Source of the DNA: Octopus bimaculoides
Lineage: Eukaryota
Length of the DNA: 64,000 bases
Assembly (NCBI RefSeq): GCF_001194135.2
Contig: NC_068982.1
Span: 20,264,127 to 20,328,126 of the forward strand
Direction: 5' to 3'
The notes beneath the pieces were generated by a model that saw only the letters and a list, made by a program, of their open reading frames with translations, was not told the DNA's origin and did not search any database. Both the position numbers and the translations under genes were made by a program. This document shows, one piece after another, positions 14,144-26,696 of the stretch. Every line of letters begins with the position of its first letter. The stretch's first letter is position 1.

Positions 14144-14195
14144 GAATTGCTCCCTGAACTTGAGCATTCATATGGCGGAGAATCAACACCAGAAT
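14144..14195 (+). CDS. Candidate coding exon (phase 0 to 1): ELLPELEHSYGGESTPE
   Basis: aattaattcag acceptor, GC-richer than flanks, AT|gtatgg donor; phase-compatible with 9414-9529. Confidence 0.35.
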
Positions 14196-14652
14196 GTATG
14201 GTACTGCATTTTTACTGAATAATCAATGCATCATGAGGTTAAATTTAAATCTGATACATTATAGAATGATCACCTGAAGCCAGTAATCTGAAACAGACTT
14301 CAGAACCAAATAGAGTTTAAACATTTATATCGTGGAACATCACAAGATCCTAGTAAGAAATTTGAATACATGATCAACGAGACTAAATTCATAATAATTT
14401 TCATAATTCGAAACTCTAGATAACCTTCAAATACTCTTCCCGCCTCTCTCTCTGAATGTGTATACATATATATATATATATATANNNNNNNNNNNNNNNN
14501 NNNNNNNNNNNNNNNNNNNNNNNNNNNNNNNNNNNNNNNNNNNNNNNNNNNNNNNNNNNNNNNNNNNNNNNNNNNNNNNNNNNNNNNNNNNNNNNNNNNN
14601 NNNNNNNNNNNNNNNNNNNNNNNNNNNNNNNNNNNATATATATGTGTGTATG

Positions 14653-14691
<39 letters not shown>

Positions 14692-14746
14692 ATGTATGCA
14701 TGTAGGTATGTATGTATGTGTGTTTGTGAGTATTTGTGTGTACATG

Positions 14747-14789
<43 letters not shown>

Positions 14790-15527
14790 ATATATACAGT
14801 TTTGTATACATGTATATGTATATGTATGAGTACAGACTCACACACTTATATTGTAAGGCAAAAGACAAAAATGTAAGTAAATATCATGATGCAGTAGTTA
14901 TACGTTTACTTACGAAAGAGAACACAAAAGTAAATTAATGTGTTGTAATACTGATCACGCCAACCAAAATGTTGAAATTGTTAACATCTGTTGACGATCA
15001 AGTAGTAACACGCAAAAGCACTTTACTTAATTATTTTAGCCCGTTCTTCATACAAAAATGTTGTGATTAACACTTGCTTTCTTCAAAGAAAATTATAAAA
15101 CTTTGTATGCAGGATTAGAATTATTTTCAAACAAGAATTTTAAATTTGTCTTACTAGGTAACATATAGGATGAAATTGTTAAGAAGTATAATGCATTAAT
15201 TCACAGTGGATTTAATTCGCGAAAATTTTATTAACATCTTACAATTCTCAATTATAGCGTCTGCTTCAAATACAGACTGAAAATGTATATCAAATTTACA
15301 CTGCCAACATGAAAATATGAAACAATATGCGTAGAATAAAAGCAAGATTTTTTGTAAATAAAAAGGATTTTGTGGAAAGAATTAGTTGAGTGCAAATACT
15401 CATACAAAAGGAAATTAATTCGTTTCACGAACCATTATATACCACTTCACATCAATACGACAACCACTGCTGCACATGAAACTGGTGTATCAGGAACTAA
15501 TACTATATATAATTTAGGTACATAGTA

Positions 15528-15530
<3 letters not shown>

Positions 15531-15612
<82 letters not shown>

Positions 15613-15624
15613 TGACGATGATGA

Positions 15625-15702
<78 letters not shown>
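15531..15702. repeat. (AAT)n trinucleotide microsatellite with a short (GAT) interruption
   Basis: Direct inspection; explains the poly-Ile and poly-Tyr ORFs. Confidence 0.97.
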
Positions 15703-15703
<1 letters not shown>

Positions 15704-15888
15704 CATAGCCATGTGTTGAGAAGAATTCTTTAGGGTTTGAAGAATTCACCTTTGGAACCATGCGTGTTTTGCTCAACATCCGTAAACAAACCTTATTGGA
15801 GACTTTTTGAGCGGGATAGTCTAATCGACCTGAACAAAATTCTAACTGGGCCCCATCTACGAGGTCTTGTGATGTTTATTTTATATTT

Positions 15889-15934
<46 letters not shown>

Positions 15935-15942
15935 ATTCTAAC

Positions 15943-16275
15943 GTCTCTTTGCCGAGCCACTAAGTTATGAGAACGTAAACACACCCGCACCAGTGGTGAG
16001 GGACAAACACAGACACAAATCACACCCACCCACACATAGATGCACACTCATACACATACTCACACACACACGTTCACACACACACGCACCTACCCGCACA
16101 CACACACATATATAAATATACGATGAGCTTCTTTGAGTTTCTGTCTACTAAATCCACTCACAACGCTTTGGTGCACCAGAAGCTATAGTAGAAGACACTT
16201 GCCGAAGGTTTCACGCAGTGGGACTGGATCCCGGAATCGTTTGTTTGGGAAGCCAGCTTCTTACCACACACCCTA
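15943..16275 (-). mobile_element. SINE family A with internal (CA)n/(TA)n microsatellite
   Basis: Reverse complement shows head (..gcttcccaaac..ccgggatccagtcccactgcgtg..ggcaagtgtcttctactatagc..gtgagtggattt..), then microsatellite, then the 3' module (gtttgtccctcacc..gtttacgttctcataacttagtggctcggcaaag). Confidence 0.85.
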
Positions 16276-17387
16276 TAAGCTAAACAAGTTTTGAACTTCG
16301 AATGCAAATATATTTCAAGAGAGACACATTGAAAAAGAGCAAATGAATGTTATGTTTTCGAACGCACTATCGTTTCTTTAACGAATGTTGTTTTATCGAA
16401 ATGGAGATAACAACCAACGCAAAATGTTCTGTTGCTAATAGTTCCTCCAAGGCATACATAAATATAGGCTGCTTTACATTACTTGGTGTAGAGCATTTTT
16501 AACAGGTCATTCTCGATCATTCTTGATTAATCAAAATCGAAGTATTTTAGAGAACTGGCTCGGAAGACTGACTAGCAAGTGCGGCATCATAGCTTTGAGC
16601 AATATAGACCATATTTAACTTAGATCTTGCTAACAATAATGCTAAGAATCTACCACCATCAATACCATTACATACATCTAAAAATAATTGATATCGATGC
16701 ATGAAATAACCGTTAATATCTGATTATTAGCAATATCGTTATTGAATGTTTTTTTTTGTGGCTTTAACTTACGCTGAAAATTTATCTGTAAGGATTTAAT
16801 GTGAAAATATGATGTGCGAAATATGTGATTTCTTTCCTTTCGCTGTACATTATATGAGATGTAAATTTGCTTCACGTAATATGTATAGTAGTGTTGAAGC
16901 TTGGAAAATTGTTTCTTTTATATGTGTCCTGTGTATGGTGCAACAAATTTTGGTAATATTCCCTGAAAATCTTTTCCATAAACGAATATTTTTAATGGTT
17001 GCAAGTTTTAATTTGGGAAATACCGAATTGCTGTGTTTCCCTTTGCAACAAAGTCCTGATACTAATTTTAGTTTTAAGAAACCAATCTCGTTCGAACCCA
17101 ATATTTAACTTGTAACTTTCAAATCGTAGGTGCTAAAATTCTATTAATAAGCTCAACAAACATTTAAAGAATTAGGAGAAATATACTAAAATATAGAAGC
17201 TAATAAAAATGTACACACTCACACATACACACAGACATATTAAACATGTTGCCAAAGTAAGTGGTGTTACATTTTATCATTATGCTTTAAGTTGCCACAT
17301 GCTGTCCAGAATTATTGATAATCAAAAAAAAAAAATCATTTACAGTATTATTGAAAAGAAGCTTTACCAATTGTACTGATTTTTCAC

Positions 17388-17550
17388 AAGCGCAATCGTG
17401 GCTGTGTGGTAAGAAGCATGCTTCTCAATCACATAGTTCCGAGTTCAGTTCAGCCGGGTGGCACCTTGGGTATGTGTTTTCTACTATAGTCTCGGATCGA
17501 ATATAGCCTTGTGAGTGGATTTCGTAGACCGAAGCTGAAAGAATCCTGTC
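17388..17550 (+). mobile_element. SINE family A, 5' half with internal deletion
   Basis: gtggctgtgtggtaagaagcatgcttctcaatcacatagttccgagttcag..ggcaccttggg..ctactatag..gccttgtgagtggattt..ctgaaagaatcctgtc followed by (TA)n. Confidence 0.82.
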
Positions 17551-17566
17551 ATATATATATATACAT

Positions 17567-17614
<48 letters not shown>

Positions 17615-17963
17615 GCAAAATTTATATTAATCAAAGGACATATTAAGTATGTAGACCTGCCGAAAAAATCTCTTAGTGACACTGATAATGAATACAGAAA
17701 TCAAGCTTCTGCGAGCATACGGAATAAGCAAATCATTCAACATACCAATGTAGCATCCGAATACTAAAAGATATATAACTGCATGCTGTATTGGTTCTAC
17801 GAACGATTTCTTAAGCCGTATGCTCGCAGAAGGATGATTTCTGTAGCTATTATCAGTGTCATTTTTTCTGCGGTGTAAATAAGAGTTTTGTTTGTTATTT
17901 CCACCAGTATGTCCTTCGATTAATATGAATTTTAACCCTTCATCAATTAATGCTTTTTTTTAG

Positions 17964-18086
17964 GCCTAATGGGGGCATCTCGAACACAGGAGTATAACAG
18001 TGAACACCACGGAGAATCGAAATCATTACCTTTAAAATTCCTGTTGAATGCTGTGTACCATCAAGCAAGACGTTCTCTGCCACCAG
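17964..18086 (+). CDS. Candidate coding exon (phase 1 to 1, 123 nt): (C)LMGASRTQEYNSEHHGESKSLPLKFLLNAVYHQARRSLPP
   Basis: tgcttttttttag acceptor, single open frame, CAG|gtaccg donor, length divisible by 3, phase-compatible with 14144-14195. Confidence 0.42.
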
Positions 18087-19719
18087 GTACCGTCTTTTAA
18101 AACGCTAAATAATAACTTTTCGAATACGAGAACAATTGTTAAACAAATATTGAAGTACCGTTCCGGTTGGTATTTTACAGGAAATTAGGAAATCTCGAAC
18201 GCAGGAGAATAACCTTGAAAATAGCTTTTAGATTTTCCTCATTATCTATCACCGCTCTTGGGGCTTTAATGTTTGTTTATAAAAACTGTTATTACATTCC
18301 AAAAGCTATTATTAAGTTATATGAAAGACAATATCTTTTTCAGAGTTTGTTTAGCTTAATGGTACGGAATGTTCTGCCAGAATTAGGAGCATACAGAGTT
18401 CGATTCTTTATAGCGACTTACTGGCTACAATTTCCCCGTATGTAGAAGGTGCCTTTTACAGAAACTCTTAAAATCTGTTTTCACAAATATCTTCCTACGT
18501 TCGAGATTTCTCCAGTTCCTGATACATACATATACATATATANNNNNNNNNNTTTCTCACACTTTTATCCACTTCTCGACAGTTTCCCCAAATTGTGTTT
18601 CATTCTATTGCCCAGTCACTGGTCTATAATGTTACTGATAGTGTGGATACACGTTACTTTGAAAACTACTTAGCAGGAAATAAATATGAAGGGAATTATG
18701 TTTGATGTTTGTGTCATCAAACGATTCATGTTACAAGCATTCTGTGATAATGCGAATATTCGAATGTAAACTACACGTCGAAAGTTCATCCAATATAATA
18801 TTGTCTGTCATATACTATAATATTAACATACATCACCCAACGTGCATATAAATAAATGAAAAAAATTCAGATGATCAAAGAAATGTGTTTATTAGCTATG
18901 TCATCTTTCGTGTTAGGTTTTGCAGTGATTATTTGAAATTGTATTAAAAAATATATTCATTGAAATGTATTTCTATTAAAAATTATGTAATATCTATCCG
19001 AATAAATTAAAATAAGCTGTGTGATTGTCGTATCCACGGAAATAACAATGTATTGGTGTTTTTTTTTTCAAAAATTAGTTTAATATGTCTATTTAATGAG
19101 CATTAAATATTGTGAAATGAATTGAATAGTTCACCATTTCTCCTGTCTCTAATGCATAGCATATATGATTGTTAACTGTATTGGGAAATTATATGTATCC
19201 AGTGCTCTTCTGTGAATAGTTATAAGTTGAATACTTTGAAGTATATTGTAATGTGTAGTTTAGTATACCAAGAAAATAAATAAAGTATCTATGCTAATCG
19301 AAATGGAATAGTGTGATAATAACGTAATATTTAAGACAGGAAACTGATCGCTACGGGCCTGCCGATTATGTGAAGCAGAAGAAAAAAGTCGTAAAACGTT
19401 GGCTGTTTATTCGGCAAATTATACTAAGAAAATATGTAATTTCTTCAGATTGAACATATACTACCAAGTTAGCTTATATAATATATATAAGCATATAGAT
19501 GTGTGTGTGTGTGTGTGTGAGTGTGCGTGCGTGTGTACGTGCGTGCGTGTGTGTGTGTGTGTATGCGTTTGTGTGTGCTTATGTGCACACACACATACAT
19601 ACATGCCTATATGCGCCTGCTGAATTTAACGTTATTTTATGTCTCGTTTTGTCAGAAGCAGCTTGACATATTGATGAACAGTCAACTACGTTGGAGAGCA
19701 TAATGATTAAAGTAAAGTT

Positions 19720-20550
19720 AGATTAAACTAAAGTTGCAGTTGAGACAAAATTAGGTGGAATTCATCCGATTACTGGGAAAAACAAAAGTATCTGTGTCAT
19801 GATGATTCACGTCGAGTGTCAAAATGCCAACCTCATGAGTGATCCTCAATGTTTTGTGAACACAGCAAAGGATTAAAGACAGGATATGAAGTTCTGCAAT
19901 GGAGTCCATGATGTTGTAACCAGCGAGGAGGTATGCAGGAGTTATTCTGACTGCATCCACAAGCTGGAATTTATCCAAGAACTGATGAACAGAGCAGGGC
20001 CTTAAACTCAATCCAGATGGCTATGGAAATCAGATGAACATTGTGGTTAAACTTTGATTGAAGAGGGTTGCTCCTGTCGGGATTTGACCACATGTGTGGA
20101 AGGCCACGTGTGTGACAGCAGAATTCGTCTCTTTGCCATACTTCCAGAAAATGTCAGAAGTGGTTGTCGGCGAATTTATCCGACTTTACCAGCTCCTATT
20201 TCTGGCCTCCAAAATTCGACAATTGCAATACCATGGATTACTATGTGTGACGCACAGTTGAAAAACACACCAATCATATCGCCCGGAACACAGAGGCCTT
20301 GCTAGTGGCCAAGATTAACGAGGCATTCGAAGATCTACTAACGTACTCGGCGAGGAGCGCATGCACTAGGTTCCGGAGAAGTCTCGAGAACATGGTGGAA
20401 GGTGAGGGCAGCTACTTTGAGTAATCTGTTATCTCCTACCCATTATCCACTGAAAATGTTTCGAATATCTAAATACTTTTACTTTTGTGTGGAATATTGT
20501 ATTTTCTTTTCCTTTTTATAGAAACTCTCAAATTTAGGCCACGAGGATGA
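19720..20550 (+). mobile_element. Degenerate Tc1/mariner-superfamily transposon, maT (DD37D) type
   Basis: V*QQNSSLCHTSRKCQKWLSANLSDFTSSYFWPPKFDNCNTMDYYV*: 37 residues separate the QQ(D>N) position (about 20122) from the MD aspartate (20236). A C-terminus ending ..VEGEGSYFE* lies at about 20422. Boundaries approximate. Confidence 0.85.
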
Positions 20551-21539
20551 CTCGATCGTAGTTTCTGTTTACTAGACGTTATCCGTTGTTCCGTAGAATA
20601 TTATACTTATTAAAGCATTTTGCAGAGATTATCTTTTGAGTGGTCTTAGTAGAAAGTTGAAGCATCTGTTTACGCAGGGAATGATACAAATGTAAAGAAA
20701 GAAGTTGTGTGTTTGTAGGATGCTGGTTGAGAGAAAGAGCTGGTTTGATATTAAAAAATTGGTTAATTTTCAAGGTATAGGCAACCTTGTAAGTAAACAA
20801 ATGTTTCGTATTCACATCACAATTTGTGCATTCGAAGTCTTCTTTCTTGCAACTAATGAAGAGTCTTTGTGTATAACTATGGTTTTGGATCATCTTCGAA
20901 ATTGCAAAACAAAGCTTGTAGAAAATAAGTAGTAGGAAATAAGTCAGAGATCATTAAGACATTAGATATTGGATACTGGGGTGGTTTGAACAAAAATGAA
21001 AGGTAAAAAATAGAGATATAACATTAGCTGAACAACAACGGGATAATAGAATACGATGAATCTGAAAATGTGTTTGGTTATATATTCAGAGAGAAATATG
21101 GAAAACGCAAGTGAAGTACATAACATAGAAGAGTAACAGAGTAGTTGATAGCACTGAGATTGCGGGGTAGTGAGACATATGTGAAGCAAAGGAAATTTAA
21201 GATTCCGAAGGAAAAGGAATAAAAAAAATAACGAGACATGAACAAAAAGTTTTCATGAGAACAAATCTTATTTATACACTATGCTTGCTTCTGCAATATA
21301 TTTCTCTGTGCATATACATAGATATACACTTATACAGCCACACAAACACCACACAAACACACACACACACACACATGCACGCATAGCCACACATACACAC
21401 ACAGACACACACACACATATATATATATATATAAACTTATTTTCTTACAATTATACACAAGTACACATTCATATATATATATGTGTGTGTGTGAATGTGT
21501 GCGTGTGCGTGCGCGAGTGCATGTATGCTTGTGTGTGTG

Positions 21540-21586
<47 letters not shown>

Positions 21587-23285
21587 GTTAATATATGTAA
21601 ATGTTATACAAAGTGATGTATATCATTGAAAACATTTGGTGCATAAAACATTAAACGGCATTTCCATTTATCTGCCAGTTATTTTACTTGAAGCCTTTGA
21701 ATGTGGGAGAAACACATCCATGGCTTCAATATTTATATCATACAGATCCACATAAATTTCCTTCGTCGGTTAGCACAGTGAGAGTTGTTAAAACGCTTCA
21801 GATGTCAATTTATATTGACAATACATTATATTATTAAGTATTTAGCCTTCAGGGGAAAGTAGAAACTTTCAGAATTAAGATGTACACATTTGAATGCCTC
21901 AGAACTCTGATTGCTACAGCTTACACACAAATAGATTAAAGTTCACACTCATATGACAATCATTATATAACTTCTGTGACTTCTCAACTCTGAATGCAAT
22001 TATCACATTGATATATAATGATTAAAGGAAATCAGATATCATCTGCTAACATTCAGTAATGGAGTCCTTCTATATGCATGGATGCATATAATACAATTTG
22101 AAGATTAAGTATTTTTCAAACAATCGATCAGTTTGCAAATCACAAAGTTGCTTCTAATAGTTATATCAAAGTATAGGAGAAATCGTGCAAAAACCGAGGT
22201 AAGAGGTCGTTCTTAATGCATTATTATAACTAATTTTCGGTATAATGGTGTGCAAATTATAAAATCAAATCAGTGTCTAAATTACTTAATCTATATGTTT
22301 CAAACTTGTTTAGTCGTGTACATATATTTATCTCGATGGAGACTTTTGAATGAGCCATAAGGTTTTTCATGTCAACTATGTCTGACCTCCTCCAATGTAA
22401 AACGTTATTTAATTAAACGAAAATGTTATTGTCTCTGTGATATTGTGAAATAAAGCATTTTATACTGAATAATATCTTTGTTTCTGCTTATTCTCCTAGG
22501 CTATATGTTTCTACATCATACATTTATTGCTATCTCTAAATCAATGATCTTACTAGCAGTGACTAATACAATATGTTAAAATAATTTAGAGTCACGTAGT
22601 AATAAAAAGGAGAGATACATTGCTTCTACGGTTATTGCTTTTGTTGTATTCAAATTCTTTTAATAACGCAACCGCATGATATCAACAGGATAGAATGACG
22701 TGCACACAACTAGTTTCACATTTAATTAAGTCTCTTGTGAGTAATTTACCAACATAAATGTTGATCAAATGCAAATGACTATGACACCGAATGACAACAG
22801 ACGTACAATAGTTACTTTATCACTTTGAAATAAATGATGTTCATTTCTCCCGACGTGTTTTCCATATAGTTATGACGTAGTACAATAAATGGTTATGCTT
22901 GCAGATAAAGGTGCAGTGATGAAACAGCATGTATCTTGTCATATAAAAATATTCTTAGTGTATCAACAGCACGTTGACTATGAAATAGATATTGTTAGAA
23001 AGTTTATTTCAAATACATAATCGTCACCATTTTCTTTGTACTAAGGGAAAAGCACAAAGAAAACATTAGGGCGAATCCCTTCTATGTCTACGGACAAATA
23101 AATCTTTTAAACAAAATCTGTAATCATATCAATGATTGCTTTAAGAAATGCATTAAAATTGATAGAATGATGTAGAGAAATACTTGGCATCTCACATTTT
23201 ATCAGCGTCACACAATATAATGTAGATGTACGACAGCATGTTAAACAGGCTTCAATGCTTTCTCGAGGAGAATTTCGTTGAATAG

Positions 23286-23366
23286 TTAAGAGCGAAAGTG
23301 TATGCGTTGGACACTAAGAATGAAAGTTATTACTGGATCCCTCATAACAGTGTCGAAACATTTCAG
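23286..23366 (+). CDS. Candidate coding exon (phase 0 to 0, 81 nt): LRAKVYALDTKNESYYWIPHNSVETFQ
   Basis: ttgaatag acceptor (weak tract), open frame, CAG|gtaccg donor. Confidence 0.3.
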
Positions 23367-24615
23367 GTACCGAATTTATTGTGGAATAAGAAGGCTTCTT
23401 CAATGTTACAAGTAAAATTGGAAAATCATGAACAAGTGCATACATAGATATATTTCATTTGCGCTCCATGTATGGAATGATTAAATGCTTTAGTAATAAA
23501 AATGTGAAAAATATGAAAATATGAAAATTTTGCAGGCACATAGTGTGGATTTAATGAACATTTTATTTATGGGTATCCAATTATGAAAGATGTTTTCACA
23601 ATTGATAACTGTGGATATTGCTATGTAACGAGAAAGATTAATTAAATAAATAGGGAAAGTAATTTTTATTTTGTGAGTATTCGTTCAACGCAGCACTGAG
23701 AACTGAACTATAATAACCTTTAATATAGATAAAATTCTTCATATCAGGACATTCATGTAGCTGTTAATAAATATTAGTTTACATTATCGTGTATAAATAA
23801 ATAAGATATAAGGCAAAATAATTTAAAATGCATTGTAACCGTTTTATGTTACTCATTCCTCTTTTGCTATTCTATTAATGACATAGTACAGATTTGAAAT
23901 TAGAAACATTGCGATTAAATGTATTTAATGAGTTTTTGACAATAAAACTTTTTAACTCTTTCCGTAAATCATTTTAAGGTAATTAATGTAAAAGCCACAA
24001 GACTAGTTTACATATTGAAAATTCAAATTATATTTATAATATATGTTCGTTGGTGATTCTGAAGGTCTTATTAAATTCAATATTTCATTATTGTATCTCA
24101 GTAAGTGAGCTTTCGAGAAGAGAATCCGATGTAGATATCGAAGAATCTCTTTAAATAAATCACTTCCGTTTTCGGATACTTATTTCTTCAACACTGCAGT
24201 GGTAAATGCGTCTCTAATTCTGATCTCCACACTATATTAAATGTATCTCAAAAGACAAAATATATTAAATGTGAACCTGTATGTCCGATCCAATATATTG
24301 AAATCGTTGTATTGACGTCATTATTCTCTAAATCATTATCTTAACAGGCATAATATTGAAACATATCTTTATAGTTGTTCAAGGTCTCATTTGCAAATGT
24401 AAATCATGCCCATTATTGATTTATATATTCTACTCAAACTATGATGGATTAATAATAATGTTTTTGGCATTCCAAGCATTACAACATTACTGGCAAATCG
24501 AAATTAGTTTTTCCAGCAAAGTAAGGAAGGCGTAATTTTTTGTATATTTATGCTCTCACCCAGCGATACAAGCACATATGAACACATATAAATATAAGCT
24601 TATTTTTTGTGCATT

Positions 24616-24699
<84 letters not shown>

Positions 24700-25306
24700 C
24701 CTGCTTCTCTGTGTTTCTGTCTGTCTGTTTGTCAATCTATCTATAATTTACATATGCAAATATATACATCGAGAAAATGAATATGAGAGGAAAGATTTAT
24801 CATATATGTATTGAACTGTGGACACACTTTTATGTGTTTGAATTATATATAAGCATCGGGACAGAGGCAGGAAAGAGAGTTAGAGAAAACCTTATTTTCT
24901 AATTATAATTCACACAATATTCTATTCACAAAAAAAGACCTTACTCGGCAACATGATATATTCCTTGCAATGTTAACATTCTTAGTGCTAACATTTACAG
25001 TTGTCGTGGAAAAAAAAAATATTCATCAGATTCTGGATGTAAGAGTTTTGCAGAAAATTAGAAGATGCGTTTGGGTACTTGCATTAGATTTCTTCAATTC
25101 TAGGGAGATCTATCTTTCCTCTAGGCAATGAAAACCTAGTTATTCCGTAGAGCAACCCTCTACAAGTGCCAACTATATATCCACGAAATCACAATCAATT
25201 TATTCTGCCAATGTATAACAGATGTTTATTTTACTTTCTTCAGCTTTGTATTTATTACAAATGTATAATATAAGAAGTATTCGCAATAAACCTATAAATA
25301 TTTTAG

Positions 25307-25416
25307 TGGTGCATCATTGAAAGCCTGTGAATTGTCGATACTGACAAAACCCGGAGGGCAGAATGCGCGTTTTAACAATGTCACTACCGCAGCTGCACAA
25401 CCTTCATCTGCTAATG
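25307..25416 (+). CDS. Candidate coding exon (phase 2 to 1): GASLKACELSILTKPGGQNARFNNVTTAAAQPSSAN
   Basis: aaatattttag acceptor, GC-rich open frame in AT-rich surroundings, ATG|gtatat donor. Confidence 0.33.
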
Positions 25417-25589
25417 GTATATTTTTCTGTATTTTTTGTTTTCTTCTTTCACACCGTACGTCAGTGAAAGATATCTCAGGGCGAATACTGCAAATAATTA
25501 GGCTTTAATATAATACACAGTTTACAATTTTACTATTTCAAACTAATACTACTTCTGTTAGCTCCTCGTAGAAGGCCACATCTTATTTG

Positions 25590-26070
25590 TGTATAAAAGA
25601 GCAGCTAGGAGGGTGCTACTGAAGTCTGGCACGCGTGGGATTGACTAGTTTTGTTTTGAGAAAATCCTTTATTAAGTTAAATATCTTCCCTCCTGTCATT
25701 GTACTCTTTGATATTTCAGCATCCATATCTCGGCGCATATTCACTGTTTGCCCTAACTTGGCATAATCTTTTACCTCGTCGATTTCATCATTTTCCACCT
25801 CTATTCGGCCTTATACTACGTCTTCTGACCGCATTTACTTTGTTTTCATGCGGTTCGTTCTAAGACGTATTGCTTGGCTCTGAGTGTCCAGCACTGTCAG
25901 CAGCTGGTCTGAGGTTTCAGTGACGAGCACAATATCAACTCTGTATTGGAGGTGTGTTAGTTCTCACCATTGATGTTCACAGCACTTGTTCAATGTTCTT
26001 GATGAACATGTCCAGGCATGTAATAAAAAATGCTTTGGAGACATAGTGTCCCCTTGACTGAGCATCTTAG
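25590..26070 (-). mobile_element. Non-LTR retrotransposon (RTE-like) reverse transcriptase fragment
   Basis: Minus strand gives SQGDTMSPKHF, VNINGE.LTHLQYRVDIVLV (degenerate YADDIV) and IDEVKDYAKLGQTVNMRRDMDAEISK, typical RT domains 4-7 and thumb. Frameshifted. Confidence 0.82.
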
Positions 26071-26503
26071 AACAGATTGATGTATTGCACCTCGATACTT
26101 TGCATTTCCAGAGATTGCAACACACACTACGTTAATCTTGAGGCTATCGTATGTATTTTCATATTCAACAAATGCAACACACTGAGAAAGCTGCTTGCAA
26201 ATCTTATAGCCATCAGACTATCAAAGCATCTCGAAGACAAAACAACCGAGAAACTAAGTAGGCTTCCATAAGAAATATAGCACGATCATCAACATATTCA
26301 TTTTAACACAATTCATAAAACGAGTGAAGGAATGTGCGTATATATATNNNNNNNNNNNNNNNNNNNNNNNNNNNNNNNNNNNNNNNNNNNNNNNNNNNNN
26401 NNNNNNNNNNNNNNNNNNNNNNNNNNNNNNNNNNNNNNNNNNNNNNNNNNNNNNNNNNNNNNNNNNNNNNNNNNNNNNNNNNNNNNNNNNNNNNNNNNNN
26501 NNA

Positions 26504-26661
26504 AATATGGTATAATTGTAAACAGGGCAAATTTTATTCACTTCTCTGTCAATTGAAAAAGTGATGAGCAACCTTAATTGATTTTCGAACGTTATTGGGT
26601 TCTCATCAGAGGCGTCCACACCTTACTGACAGTCTCGCGAGAAACAAGCAGCCAAACTCTT

Positions 26662-26696
<35 letters not shown>

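Noticed and set aside
20579-20893. 104-aa minus-strand ORF with CTNC motif
   Set aside because: No recognisable domain, no complete zinc-finger spacing; competing plus-strand readings are equally plausible.
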